Source: a virus
Length of the DNA: 64,000 nucleotides
Virus record (IMG/VR): IMGVR_UViG_3300049718_000055
Location: 1 to 64,000 of that record
Direction: 5' to 3' (one strand)
Below, piece by piece: positions 53,483 through 63,414 of the stretch. Under the pieces are notes generated by a model. It saw only the letters and a program-made list of their open reading frames with translations, had not been told where the DNA came from and did no database searches. The first letter of the stretch is position 1; every line of letters begins with the position of its first letter. The translations under genes were made by a program, and so were the position numbers.

Positions 53483-56400
53483 TCATGGCTCCACAAACAA
53501 TACTTTCTCGTAGCCTCTCCCTTGGCACTGGACCTTGTACCACAAATTAGAATCAGGCCAAAGAATAAAGTCCTCCGTACTTGTTCCGACCATTCTCAGT
53601 GTACGGAACGAGATTGCCGGTAGTCGGGTCCGCAATGGATTGCGAAAGCCGCCAGCTTGCGGCATTACAAATGTGAATCCAGCCGTTGGATTATCGTCGT
53701 AGAACACGTTGACAATGATCGGCGCACCCGCTGAGTAAATCCAGAAAACGTCGCGCGCAAATTTGGAAGATGCCTCCGAAATATTGATCTTGTAAGTGTC
53801 GAACGTCTTCCTCGTCCTCGGCAGTACCAGAGCCTCTACAGCGGCTTGGTACAGGTACGCGAACGTGGACAGATTCCCGACGATCTGGAGACTGATTTTG
53901 TAGGCTTGCTGGCCGAGTCCGTTGAGCAACGGCAGGTTGATCTTGCCGCGAGTCGAGTTGCTGATCGTTCCGAGTGGGACCGTGATTGCGCCGTCATTAA
54001 ACAAGGCGTTGACGGTCAAGGTCTGCCCCCCGAGGTTGCAGTCAACCACAATCGCGTTGTACTGTTTCTGGTTTGCCGGCGAGCTTTGGAATGAGTAAGC
54101 AGTCTGGAGATTGATTGCAATCGGCCCCGCGGCCAGTACGCCCCCGCTTGATACTTGATCGTAGGGAAGGTTTTGCCGGTCAATGTGTACGAGCCCGTTT
54201 GAATCGCCGTAGAGCAACTGATTCGTATCGGCCTCAAGCATCAAGCATTGCGCGTCAACGTCATCATTCCTGAATCGCTTGTACTGAGCGTGGTATACCA
54301 ACCGATGCCGGTTTCCGTCCGTACCGATGTAACTGAAAAATACCATTGAGTTCCAGTACGAAGCCACCGTCTGCGACAACTTCGTTTGGTCCGCTTCGAC
54401 AATCGGAGTGGAACCTACGCCCTGGAAAAGGAACTCAACCTGGAGACTCATGTACACCGACTCCCCACCAGTAAAAGCACGTAGACCATCTGCGGCTTGG
54501 TAGGCAATCATCTCTTCGGTCGCCACGTACCCAAATGGCGCCACACAACCATGCGCACAAGACGTGGGATATGGTGCCTGTTTTGCCGGACTGTCCGGTG
54601 GAACCATCCACCATCCGCTTTTGATACAACTGACCATGATATTTCCCTTGAAAGGCACCACGGCCGTAATGTAATCATCCGGCGTAGAGATGATGATGTT
54701 GTTCGCTTCACCCACGTACTGCGGAGCGTTTCCGGTGCTGAAGTAAAGCGTTGACGGGTTGTTCGGATCTCCCCAATACCATGCCTTGTTGAAAGCTATG
54801 ACCATGCCGTAGACCGGCTGGCCTACCTTAATACTCGCCTGGACCTGCTCTCCAGCCGCATGATAATTCTGGACAAAGGCAGTGAAAGAACTCACTCCGA
54901 CTGTCAATACCACTACGGTTTCAAAGTTGTTTGCTTGAGCCGTTGGATTCCCCAACAAGACTTGCTGGCGCACTGAGATGTTCGCCATGCTTGCCGGGTT
55001 TATCGTCACTACAGAGCCCACCGGAATATCTGGCAGCGTGTAATAGATCGTGACCACTAGATTGTTGACATAGACGGTTGCCGCTGATGATCCTAAGTTG
55101 TCTCCGCCTACAAGCGTCTGAGTAAAATCAGCATTGACGATTGCAGGAGTAATCGTAGTGCCCCACAAATTTCCACTTCCACCAAAGACATAAGTCTGCG
55201 GAGCTAGTGTCAAGGAAATCTCTGCCGGAAGGGCGGCTCCGGGAATATTTATACTTGCGGTCATCTTAGGACCGAGCACGCTCGTATAAGCATCAAAGCT
55301 GACTTTAATTCCGGTGATGGTCGCGGTTAAGGGGATGCTCGGAAGACTGAAGTCTCCCTGCAAGGCCCCAATCCCTTGCGAAGCAGGTGCCGACACGGAC
55401 GTATAAAGTGATGAAGATGTAGCGTTGGTTGGATTTACCCAAGTAGACCCGACCGGATTCGATCCTGTGATTGACGGAGAAACCTGTAATGTTCCTACAA
55501 TAGCAGCGTTCAGTGTAGTATTCACCGGAACCGGAAGAAGACTCGGAACCGGAACATCGTTCGTAAACGAAACCATATCCGCTCCGGCTATCAGGTAGTC
55601 CGGTGCCGTGTCGGTATACTGGACTATCCCCCCGCCCTCTATGCTGATCGGGATTTCGTCTATTCGCCTGAAGTTATCTCCGTAGGTTCCCCCTCTTCTA
55701 TAGATTCTCAGATACCCGATCTGACCATCCTGCAACTGTCCTGCGGGTCCGTAAGTCTTAGTGTTGATTTTTAACAACACCGGCTGGCGCCGCGGGTAGA
55801 CCCAGTTCGTATGGTTAGGCGGGTTCTGATTCGTCATTATCGGAGATGGATTCGATTCCGTTCCATCCACGTCATTTAAGAACGTCGCAACATAGTCATA
55901 GGCTACTCCACCAAGAGTATCTGGACCTGCCCCTCCAAACAGTACCAGAGAAGAAAGTTTAATCGTCGAGCTTGAGTTGTCATTCATCACAATCGTGATC
56001 TGATAGCCGTTGACGTTTGACCAGTTGTAGACCGCATCTTTATAGTCCGCCATCCCTGCTCCAGAAAAATCTGACAACTGGAAGAGAAGCGGCGTCCAGA
56101 TATTTTTCCCTGTATCCAGTTCTCCGATAGACCCGGCTCCATTTCCGTAAAGGCTGAGACTATCCTCAAGAACAGCTTCCGTTAGAAGAGTAGTTACGCT
56201 ACTTGTCCCAGAGGCAGAAGATGTTGCTAAAGTAGTCAACTCCTGCAAAGGTCCTTGGGAAATTACTTTATAGAAATAGTCGCTCTCGAATGATCCGTCT
56301 CCGCAATCAAAACTTAGCGTTATGCTCTGGATTTGCGTTTGGTCGCTGACAAACATATAGAGACCAATGTAATCAGATTGGTTGTCGGATACAGTCTCGC

Positions 56401-57319
56401 TAGAGGGGATAGGATATGGACCTATCGGAAGCCCACTAAACGGCGCTGTGATCGTTGCGGTTGTGGACGCCGGCACGATAACCGAAAGAGAGAGGCTTGA
56501 TATTGACGCCCCAACAGAGTGAGTCTTTGTAAAATCTGCAACAAACCCGGTTGGCGTCACCAAGAGGACTAAAACTGTTTCCTGATTTGATCCTGTATCG
56601 ATGGTCAAATGCTGAAACAAATAGATTGCATTATTGTCTGCGACTGCCGTGGAAACTGGGTACGTCACCTCCTGAATCCCAATTGCCTTCACCGCAGAGG
56701 AAAGATTCGTGTTTACATAGGTTTCGATTGAATCGCTGCTTGTTGCTGAAAACGTGTATGGCGTCGTGTCGCTCACATAGTCGTCAAGTACGACAAGCGT
56801 CGTTGGAGATTGAGACTGAGCGGTGACCGGGAACTGTGGAGGAAAAATTCCTCCCTGCTGGGGAGCAGAGAATGTTCCGTCGTCCTTCCAAAAACCGTTT
56901 GAATCCGAGAAAAACGCACTCACGGTGCTCGTAAAATCAGTATTAGAGAACGATTGAATCGAACATGGGTTTCCGCTGAATGACGTGGATATTTTTGTGA
57001 ATGCGCCCGGAGTAAGCGCCCCCCGGCGCCATAGAGACCCGTCTGCCGTCACGCAGTATCTTGCGTATGCTCCGGCGAGTTGCCCGAGCTTGAAGAGACT
57101 GACACATTTTCCTGATAGCGGGTAGACCTCCCCACCCAACACGCCAGTGCTGTTTACGATTACGCTGCCCAATTTTTGGGCATAGGCTCCTTCCGCCAAC
57201 TCTTCGACGTTGCACTCGTTTAGCAGACCTTGGGGGTCCACGAGGTCATCTACCTGACGGGCAAAGATTCCCTTGCTTTTGAACAGCAAAACACTCTCGG
57301 CATAGTGCGGATCGGGCAT
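53483..57319 (-). CDS. Tail nozzle/stabilisation-like structural protein
   Basis: 1278 aa, beta-rich; NNPSTLYFS...ITAV...HGCVAP propeller-like motifs. Confidence 0.6.
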   Translation of the reverse strand: MPDPHYAESVLLFKSKGIFARQVDDLVDPQGLLNECNVEELAEGAYAQKLGSVIVNSTGVLGGEVYPLSGKCVSLFKLGQLAGAYARYCVTADGSLWRRGALTPGAFTKISTSFSGNPCSIQSFSNTDFTSTVSAFFSDSNGFWKDDGTFSAPQQGGIFPPQFPVTAQSQSPTTLVVLDDYVSDTTPYTFSATSSDSIETYVNTNLSSAVKAIGIQEVTYPVSTAVADNNAIYLFQHLTIDTGSNQETVLVLLVTPTGFVADFTKTHSVGASISSLSLSVIVPASTTATITAPFSGLPIGPYPIPSSETVSDNQSDYIGLYMFVSDQTQIQSITLSFDCGDGSFESDYFYKVISQGPLQELTTLATSSASGTSSVTTLLTEAVLEDSLSLYGNGAGSIGELDTGKNIWTPLLFQLSDFSGAGMADYKDAVYNWSNVNGYQITIVMNDNSSSTIKLSSLVLFGGAGPDTLGGVAYDYVATFLNDVDGTESNPSPIMTNQNPPNHTNWVYPRRQPVLLKINTKTYGPAGQLQDGQIGYLRIYRRGGTYGDNFRRIDEIPISIEGGGIVQYTDTAPDYLIAGADMVSFTNDVPVPSLLPVPVNTTLNAAIVGTLQVSPSITGSNPVGSTWVNPTNATSSSLYTSVSAPASQGIGALQGDFSLPSIPLTATITGIKVSFDAYTSVLGPKMTASINIPGAALPAEISLTLAPQTYVFGGSGNLWGTTITPAIVNADFTQTLVGGDNLGSSAATVYVNNLVVTIYYTLPDIPVGSVVTINPASMANISVRQQVLLGNPTAQANNFETVVVLTVGVSSFTAFVQNYHAAGEQVQASIKVGQPVYGMVIAFNKAWYWGDPNNPSTLYFSTGNAPQYVGEANNIIISTPDDYITAVVPFKGNIMVSCIKSGWWMVPPDSPAKQAPYPTSCAHGCVAPFGYVATEEMIAYQAADGLRAFTGGESVYMSLQVEFLFQGVGSTPIVEADQTKLSQTVASYWNSMVFFSYIGTDGNRHRLVYHAQYKRFRNDDVDAQCLMLEADTNQLLYGDSNGLVHIDRQNLPYDQVSSGGVLAAGPIAINLQTAYSFQSSPANQKQYNAIVVDCNLGGQTLTVNALFNDGAITVPLGTISNSTRGKINLPLLNGLGQQAYKISLQIVGNLSTFAYLYQAAVEALVLPRTRKTFDTYKINISEASSKFARDVFWIYSAGAPIIVNVFYDDNPTAGFTFVMPQAGGFRNPLRTRLPAISFRTLRMVGTSTEDFILWPDSNLWYKVQCQGRGYEKVLFVEP

Positions 57320-57660
57320 GACCACAGAATACCGCTGTCTAAGCTGTAGATGCCACTATTTTCCCCACATAAACCGAAACCCGTTCAAAACGCCCAGAAC
57401 AAACAGCAGACTAACTGCCATCAAAAAGTATTCCTGCCATTCGAATTTTAGGTTTCTCTTTGCGTTCCTGTGTCGCATCACGCCTCCTGCCGAACCAGCG
57501 GCCTTCTGGACGCTTCCCGCATCCGCCTGATGATCTCGTTCAAACATTCCTCTTCCCGGCGCTTCGCGTAGTTGTTTCCCTCGTCCAAAGCCGCAGACTC
57601 CAACGATTCCGTCCACTCGTTGAATAAATCATTGTTGCTGATCTTCTGAAGGTTCACGTC

Positions 57661-58083
57661 TTACTCTCCGGTCCAGAGCTTCTCAAGCACTTCCTTGACC
57701 CCAAGCATCACCATCCCGTAAGGGGTTCTATAAATCCCCCCTTTACCTGGACGCAAAAATTCCGAGAAATCCTGCTCAAGTAAATGGCCGTTCGCGGATC
57801 TTATCTGCTCAAGCGCCCTGCCTGCCATCATCAAGTTCTGCTTGCGGTGGTATTCTTGATTTTCTTGACTCTCCATCTCCCTTTCCAGTTCATCCTCGAA
57901 GTCTTGGCCGATGATTCGTTCGAGGATAGACATAGCAGCATTCATGCGCTTATGAATAAATTCCTCTTCAGGGTCATTCTCCGGCTGTCTCGTGATTCCT
58001 GCGTAGGTTTGCATGGCCCTCTCCAAGTGCGGTTTAACGAATTGGATATACTCTCTGGTTCCGCAAATAACGTCCGGTTGCAT
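57661..58083 (-). CDS. Hypothetical protein
   Basis: GGAG SD. Confidence 0.65.
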   Translation of the reverse strand: MQPDVICGTREYIQFVKPHLERAMQTYAGITRQPENDPEEEFIHKRMNAAMSILERIIGQDFEDELEREMESQENQEYHRKQNLMMAGRALEQIRSANGHLLEQDFSEFLRPGKGGIYRTPYGMVMLGVKEVLEKLWTGE

Positions 58084-58105
58084 GGTTACTCCAAATTTTG
58101 GAATC

Positions 58106-58570
58106 CTACAATTGCTTGAGGCTAATCTTGCCGCCGTTTTTATCGATGAGCTTCGCCTGATTCAAAGCGGCCACCACGTTCGTCACTGTTCGAGTAGCGC
58201 ATCCAAGGATGATGCGAAGTTGGGTTTGGTTCATCTCTCCATGAACCATCAAGGCGTCGATTGCCCTTGCCGTCGCGCCCCCGAGCCTCTGCTTCCACTG
58301 CTCCCATGCGGCGCTATTTCGAGGACTTGCCGCGCTGGTTGAAGTCCCATCCGAAACACCCATCGACTCGATCTCACCAAACACCTGCCTGAGTGCTTGA
58401 TAAAGTGGGTTGAGGGCACTGCGCAATTCACGAACCCCATCCTCAACCGAATTCGCCCTTCCTTGCTCAACCAGACGAGCCGATTCACTTTCCCGTAGTT
58501 GAGATTTCAATCGGATAATCGTTTCGTCGCGGTCGTCAACCGCACCTTCAAGCAGTAGTGGTCGCAGCAC
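58106..58570 (-). CDS. Coiled-coil plus C-terminal winged-helix protein
   Basis: HGEMNQTQLRIILG...V...LNQAKLIDKNG. Confidence 0.6.
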   Translation of the reverse strand: MLRPLLLEGAVDDRDETIIRLKSQLRESESARLVEQGRANSVEDGVRELRSALNPLYQALRQVFGEIESMGVSDGTSTSAASPRNSAAWEQWKQRLGGATARAIDALMVHGEMNQTQLRIILGCATRTVTNVVAALNQAKLIDKNGGKISLKQL

Positions 58571-59165
58571 TTGATCCTCCTGTCAACTTCGCCCGGAATG
58601 CTCCGAGGGTTTGCGTAAGAATCGCCGGAGCCCCAACCCTCTCAAGGCCGCGGATATAAGAGAAGGCTAGCCGTAGAGCGCATAGATTCAGCCGCGCCTC
58701 GCTGTATTGGTCAATCCCCATCACAAATTCGTGAGCGTGAGCGTGAGATCCGGTAATCCAGTTCTTTGCTTGAGTCCGCCATTCTGCTAGGCGCTTGAAT
58801 GCTTCTGGGTCGCCACCATCAGAATTATCGGGATGCACCTTACGAGCTTTTAGTTTGAAAGCAGAGTCAATTTCGCCAAAGGTCGGCATGGGCGTTTCCA
58901 GCCCTAATCCCTGCTGCCAACCAAAGTCTTCTTTCTTCATCGTCCACCATACCGCCACTCCAGGGTCCAGACGATCATCCCCGGTACGGGTTATTAGAAT
59001 CGAGGTAGCTCCCATTTTGTCCAGTTCGCCGGCAAGCATGTTCTGGTACTCTTGACGAGTTTTCTTCCAAGCGTGCTGCGGACGGCGTTCCCTGATGCGG
59101 GTCCGCTCACAACCATCCGGCCAGCGCAGTTTCAGTTCTTCTGCTACTTCAATCTTCTTCGCCAT
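58548..59165 (-). CDS. Phage J-domain (DnaJ-like) protein
   Basis: LRWPDG.ERT; DPGVAVWW; AF..KARKVHPD..GGDPEAFKRL. Confidence 0.8.
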   Translation of the reverse strand: MAKKIEVAEELKLRWPDGCERTRIRERRPQHAWKKTRQEYQNMLAGELDKMGATSILITRTGDDRLDPGVAVWWTMKKEDFGWQQGLGLETPMPTFGEIDSAFKLKARKVHPDNSDGGDPEAFKRLAEWRTQAKNWITGSHAHAHEFVMGIDQYSEARLNLCALRLAFSYIRGLERVGAPAILTQTLGAFRAKLTGGSSAATTTA

Positions 59166-59334
59166 CTTCATCTCCTTCGGTAAACCGCTCACCGCATTCC
59201 AAACATTCGTACACAGCGTTTCCGTCATCGTCCTCGCCAAGAGATTCTAGTTCGTCGCTGCCGCATTCAGGACACACAACGGTTTCTTCTATCTCTTCGT
59301 CGTCGTAAAATTCGTCGTCAAGGTCTTCAGGCAT
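59149..59334 (-). CDS. Acidic zinc-ribbon protein
   Basis: CPECGS...YECLECG. Confidence 0.7.
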   Translation of the reverse strand: MPEDLDDEFYDDEEIEETVVCPECGSDELESLGEDDDGNAVYECLECGERFTEGDEDGEED

Positions 59335-59968
59335 GGCTATCCTTCCCGAGAAGGTGAGCTTCGTGCATCATGCGAAAGAACTCCATGCCTCGATCATCAG
59401 AACTTTTGTCTAGAACAGAATAGGTTGTCGCAAATCCGCACGAACAAACAACCGCCCTAGATGAACCGATATTGTTTGAGAACACTTCCTGACGGCATTC
59501 TGGTACGGATGGTTGCGGCATAACTTTTATGCGTGGGTAAAACTCCCCAACCTTCGGTTGCTCAGGGTCAGATTCAGTGAATTGCTGTATGCGGGTTACG
59601 CTGTGAATAAGGACTGCACCTGATTCCTGTTTCAGAAGAGTGCATTTGTAGGCTCCACCAGGAGTATAGATGGTGACGACTTCCGGCGCAGCTTCCGGCT
59701 CTGGGGCAAGGTACATCCGGCGAACCGTTTCGATAGCCTCACTAGACGCCAATCCCCACCACCCTGGACTTGAAACAAGACTCAATGCTAAAGCAACTAG
59801 CTTTTTGTCCTGCCAGAGGATGAAGGCTTCGAGAGCCTTGGGGAGTTTCTGCGCGATGATATGGACAATCACCGGACTATCGTGATAGACCCCATTAGAA
59901 GGTTGCAGAAACGCTTCCTTCGCCACCTTCAACCCCTCTTCAGGTACTGCGTAGTGTTGCTCGGTCAT
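59327..59968 (-). CDS. Hypothetical protein
   Basis: Shares a module with 18385..19032. Confidence 0.6.
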   Translation of the reverse strand: MTEQHYAVPEEGLKVAKEAFLQPSNGVYHDSPVIVHIIAQKLPKALEAFILWQDKKLVALALSLVSSPGWWGLASSEAIETVRRMYLAPEPEAAPEVVTIYTPGGAYKCTLLKQESGAVLIHSVTRIQQFTESDPEQPKVGEFYPRIKVMPQPSVPECRQEVFSNNIGSSRAVVCSCGFATTYSVLDKSSDDRGMEFFRMMHEAHLLGKDSHA

Positions 59969-60250
59969 CACTGTCTCCCTCATTTCTTTTGCGTTGCAAG
60001 GCGAACTGTATTTTCCTTGACCCCGCCGCCGCATCTTCTCTTTGAATCCAGGCGGGCATTTCACATAACCTTTAAACACTCTTCCCATCAGAATTCCTCC
60101 AGTTCCACTCTCATGGCCTACTCCATCCTCTCGCTCGTGACTTGTGACTTCGAGAATTACTCTTGTGATGCCTTCGAGGAGTACCGCACTGCGTAGCCGC
60201 GAAGAACAGTCCTATAACAACCACAACGGCAATCACTACTCCCAGTGCGT

Positions 60251-60454
60251 TCAAAGTTCCTCCAGTTCTACGGTAGCCACCTTGAACCGCTTCCCGGCGT
60301 TGGGACAAGAAATGTCGGTAGGATGCGGATAATAGCGGCCCGTTCCTTCAATCCTTGCGTTCTTTGATGTTGCCCACATCTCAACTCCGCATCCTTCGCA
60401 ACAAATGGAGCGCGGGTACGCCGTCGCCTTCCCTGCCTTGTCCTCTGCCATCAC
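60251..60454 (-). CDS. Small Cys/His protein
   Basis: CEGCG...HP....CPNAGK. Confidence 0.55.
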   Translation of the reverse strand: MMAEDKAGKATAYPRSICCEGCGVEMWATSKNARIEGTGRYYPHPTDISCPNAGKRFKVATVELEEL

Positions 60455-60591
60455 GGTCTCCGTTTATGGCGGAACTTTTTCTTGCCGCCATTAGAACTCA
60501 AAAACATTCCAACGAAAAACAACGCGAGTAGTCCCACAAAAATCCATCTAGCCATCACTTCAACTCTCCTCTCCCAATCCGGCAGACCGGC

Positions 60592-60894
60592 CTACTTCTC
60601 CCTCACCCACCAGCAGTTCTCAACATTGTCCCGAAGATGCGTACCTGCGGCATTCAACACAAACCGCGAATCCAGCGTTCCAGGCGCCACAATCTCCAAG
60701 GACCGCGACCGGTTGCGAGAATCCTTCAGCAAACCCTTCTCCTTCAGATGCCCGATATGCTTGGAAACCGTTGCTAATGATTTCAGCCCGAGTCCGTCCG
60801 CAATTTCATCGAACGATGGAGAGTAGCGATTTGTCTCAATGAACCCCTTTATGAAGTCGAGAACTCGTCTTTGACTCTTCGTGACAGCCGCCAT
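60592..60894 (-). CDS. LexA-type DNA-binding domain protein lacking the peptidase domain
   Basis: TKSQRRVLDFI......YSPSFDEIA..LGLKS.ATV..H...L..KG.L.....RSRSLEI. Confidence 0.88.
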   Translation of the reverse strand: MAAVTKSQRRVLDFIKGFIETNRYSPSFDEIADGLGLKSLATVSKHIGHLKEKGLLKDSRNRSRSLEIVAPGTLDSRFVLNAAGTHLRDNVENCWWVREK

Positions 60895-60938
60895 TTATTC
60901 CCCTCCACTTGATTAGCGTACCACGTTGGCAGTTTCCG

Positions 60939-61217
60939 TCAAGGGGTAGAGGTTTTCAAATCTTCATCGGACCAAATTTTCACCCTCCCGCAAGGCATAG
61001 TGAAACTCTTCGGGTCTGATACGGACTTCTCTACGTTCACTAAAGCCCATGCCGCACAATGCTTACACTCGATCTTCCATGAACCTTTGTCGGGAGCCTG
61101 CGGGAGTTCTACTGTACAGGAATCTCCCGAGCATACTGAAGCCGCTGGAGGAAAACCCCTCCAACTCTTGCGTTCTTTCGCGTTCTCTGGAATAAAGAAG
61201 AGATAGTGTTCGCTCAT
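60939..61217 (-). CDS. Cys-containing hypothetical protein
   Basis: C...ECKHC...PC. Confidence 0.5.
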   Translation of the reverse strand: MSEHYLFFIPENAKERKSWRGFPPAASVCSGDSCTVELPQAPDKGSWKIECKHCAAWALVNVEKSVSDPKSFTMPCGRVKIWSDEDLKTSTP

Positions 61218-61237
61218 AGATTTTCCAAACTTTGGAA

Positions 61238-61969
61238 TCAGCCCTTCGGGAATTCCTTCCACTCGCGGCCGTCGAGCAGCGGAGAATGAACCAGCTTACC
61301 GTTGACCTTCATCTGCTTCAGAAAATAAGGAACGCCGGCCGCAGAGCATTGGTCTCTCAGTGAACGGAAAGCATTATCGTCCACGTCACGCGAACCGACG
61401 CCGCTCTCACAACCTCCAATCACCCAATTTATCCCAGTTGGAGGATGGAGCCAAGATTCAACGTGGATCTCTTCGAGAAGAGGCTCTGCGCTAATTCCGT
61501 GGACCACCGCTGGAATTCTCGTGATAAGAGGTATCCTCTTGTTCGCAGATTCTTGATTCTCCGTGGAAGTCATCAACCACACATTCTCATAGCCGCCACC
61601 CCAGTCCGGCGGCAAGCAATCCGCAATCCTCTCAGCCCTCTTCGTGCAAAGCTGGTAGATGAACTGCGGAGTCCGCCGCATAATATCCCACGCTTCCTCT
61701 CTCCACGGGTCCGCTTCCTCGATAAAGAAGTCAGACCATGAATCAACGAAAATGTACTTGATGTCGGGATATTTCTCAGTGTTCTTCGCCCACCGCAGAG
61801 GCGCGTTAAATGTGACCGGGTTTGATCGCACGACCACGTTCGGATTCTGTCCGTAGCGCGTCTTCTCCGAAAACATATAGCAGTTCTTGCAGCCGGCGCT
61901 TACCTTGTGGCATCCCTGCCAGCAATTCCAAGTTGCGTCGGTCCACGCGATTCCAGTTTTGCTTCCCAT
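61238..61969 (-). CDS. DUF5131 (phage Gp37/Gp68) family protein
   Basis: TGIAWTDATWN.WQGC.KVSAGCKNCY; SWSDFF; SAEPLL; WVIGGCESG; VPYFLKQ. Confidence 0.93.
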   Translation of the reverse strand: MGSKTGIAWTDATWNCWQGCHKVSAGCKNCYMFSEKTRYGQNPNVVVRSNPVTFNAPLRWAKNTEKYPDIKYIFVDSWSDFFIEEADPWREEAWDIMRRTPQFIYQLCTKRAERIADCLPPDWGGGYENVWLMTSTENQESANKRIPLITRIPAVVHGISAEPLLEEIHVESWLHPPTGINWVIGGCESGVGSRDVDDNAFRSLRDQCSAAGVPYFLKQMKVNGKLVHSPLLDGREWKEFPKG

Positions 61970-61973
61970 AGAA

Positions 61974-62774
61974 TTACCCTCCGTTTTCCAAAGTTTGGAG
62001 TTCGCGCGGATCTGTACCTTTTACGTGCGAGAGAGTTCCATCTTCAGATCTCGTCCACTGACGCGCTTCATTGATGTCCATTTTCTTACTGACCTCAGTG
62101 TGCAAGTCGCATCCAATCGAGTCTGCAATCACACTCAAGCAAATAGCCACGTCCGCCAATTCTTCCTTAGCGTGTCCATGATTCCCGCAATAAAGATCAA
62201 CCTCAAGCTCGTCTAGTTCTTTCCGTAGACGCCTCAACCTATCCATAGGGAAACCTCCGCCATCGTTTTTCTTGTACCAAGTTCCAATACGGCGTTGCTC
62301 TGCCGAACGAAGACGGGGAGAGGTCTTATTCAACTGGCTTCGGATTTCTCCCAAGTCTGCTGTGACTAAATCAGCCATCTTCACCATGAGGTCCGGTTCT
62401 CTCATTCCAGGGATGTAGACATACACGTGGCAGTTTGCGCCTACAGCCCAGCCCATTTCCATCGAAGCACTAGGACCGCACGGCATGACCATCACGCAAG
62501 CGTCTGCCTGTTCGAGAGCATCCATGTCTCGATGAAAACCCTCAATAGCTCGTGGATTTTTCAGGCCATCAATGTACTTCTGAATATCACTCGGCCATTT
62601 CTGCCAATCAGGATCAATCTCCGACCAGTGGAATCCTCCCGGCCCGTGGATTCCTTCACCCCAACCGTCACCATCTTCTTTGAAGTCATAGACTCTGTGA
62701 CCGTCTTTTCTTAGAACCTTTACAACCTCTGGCTGGAAATCATTTCTCCAAGAACTCGCAACGTAAATGTTCAT
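61974..62774 (-). CDS. Nucleoside deoxyribosyltransferase-like domain fused to MazG-like pyrophosphatase
   Basis: IYVASSWRN...D...L..AD......PCG.SA..E.GWA; C-terminal KELDEL...EELADV....KKMDINEARQW. Confidence 0.8.
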   Translation of the reverse strand: MNIYVASSWRNDFQPEVVKVLRKDGHRVYDFKEDGDGWGEGIHGPGGFHWSEIDPDWQKWPSDIQKYIDGLKNPRAIEGFHRDMDALEQADACVMVMPCGPSASMEMGWAVGANCHVYVYIPGMREPDLMVKMADLVTADLGEIRSQLNKTSPRLRSAEQRRIGTWYKKNDGGGFPMDRLRRLRKELDELEVDLYCGNHGHAKEELADVAICLSVIADSIGCDLHTEVSKKMDINEARQWTRSEDGTLSHVKGTDPRELQTLENGG

Positions 62775-63235
62775 TATCCCTCCATATTAGGAATCTTACC
62801 ATGTTGGCAGATATTTATGTGAGGGGTCTTTTCCATCTACAAAAAAGAATAAAAGTCCCCACTGACCGCTCGTACTTTGAGCGGACAGTGAACAAGCCGT
62901 AGGCGCGTTAGACACACTTCGTCCTTGGGGAACAATACCCCAAAACAGAAAATTCAAGCCGAGAATGCCTACGCCTATGCGTGAACGATATTCATCGCTC
63001 CGTCGCACCGTACCGAGCTCTCGCCCCCCGCGTTTTCGCCGGAGCGTAGGTCTTCCCTACGGGTAATGCGGTCCAAGTCGCCACCAAAACCATTTGACTC
63101 AGCATCCTTGCTCGTGCTTTTGGATTGAATTGAGGATTTGGGGCGAAAATACGCGCCGTCGATCTTCTTTTCCTAAGCGAACTAAGAATATACATAAAAC
63201 CGCTTGCAATACAACAGAATTCTGATAATCTGATG

Positions 63236-63372
63236 ATGTGGGCGGATGGCCAGACCGTCCTCGCGTCTCTCTTCGATTCCTAAGCAGCTTCGCCCTGTAG
63301 ACGCCGCCCACACCTTTTACCTCGTTGCTCCAACCTATCCTCCAAGCCCCGGCCCCACCGGGGCTCTTTTTT
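63236..63372 (+). ncRNA. Candidate small RNA with its own promoter and terminator
   Basis: TTGCAA-16bp-TAATCT upstream; TGTGGGCG/CGCCCACA and GCGTCT/AGACGC stems. Confidence 0.45.
63345..63372 (+). terminator. Intrinsic terminator
   Basis: AGCCCCGG-CCCCA-CCGGGGCT-CTTTTTT. Confidence 0.8.
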
Positions 63373-63414
63373 GCCTGTTTTCCACAAATTCTCAATCCGT
63401 GAGATACTGCCTAC

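Larger units (their letters stand above)
3042..62000. repeat. Dispersed 15-bp palindrome YTCCAAA-N-TTTGGAR (16 copies)
   Basis: Exact core at 3042, 4766, 13501, 16771, 22658, 23748, 32821, 51336, 52973, 58089, 61223, 61986. Near matches at 16818, 19765, 34795, 43824. Confidence 0.9.

Noticed and set aside
57167-57181. GCCCAATTTTTGGGC as another copy of the dispersed palindrome
   Set aside because: Outer bases differ from the consensus; not counted. Likewise 23066-23099 and 18011-18025.
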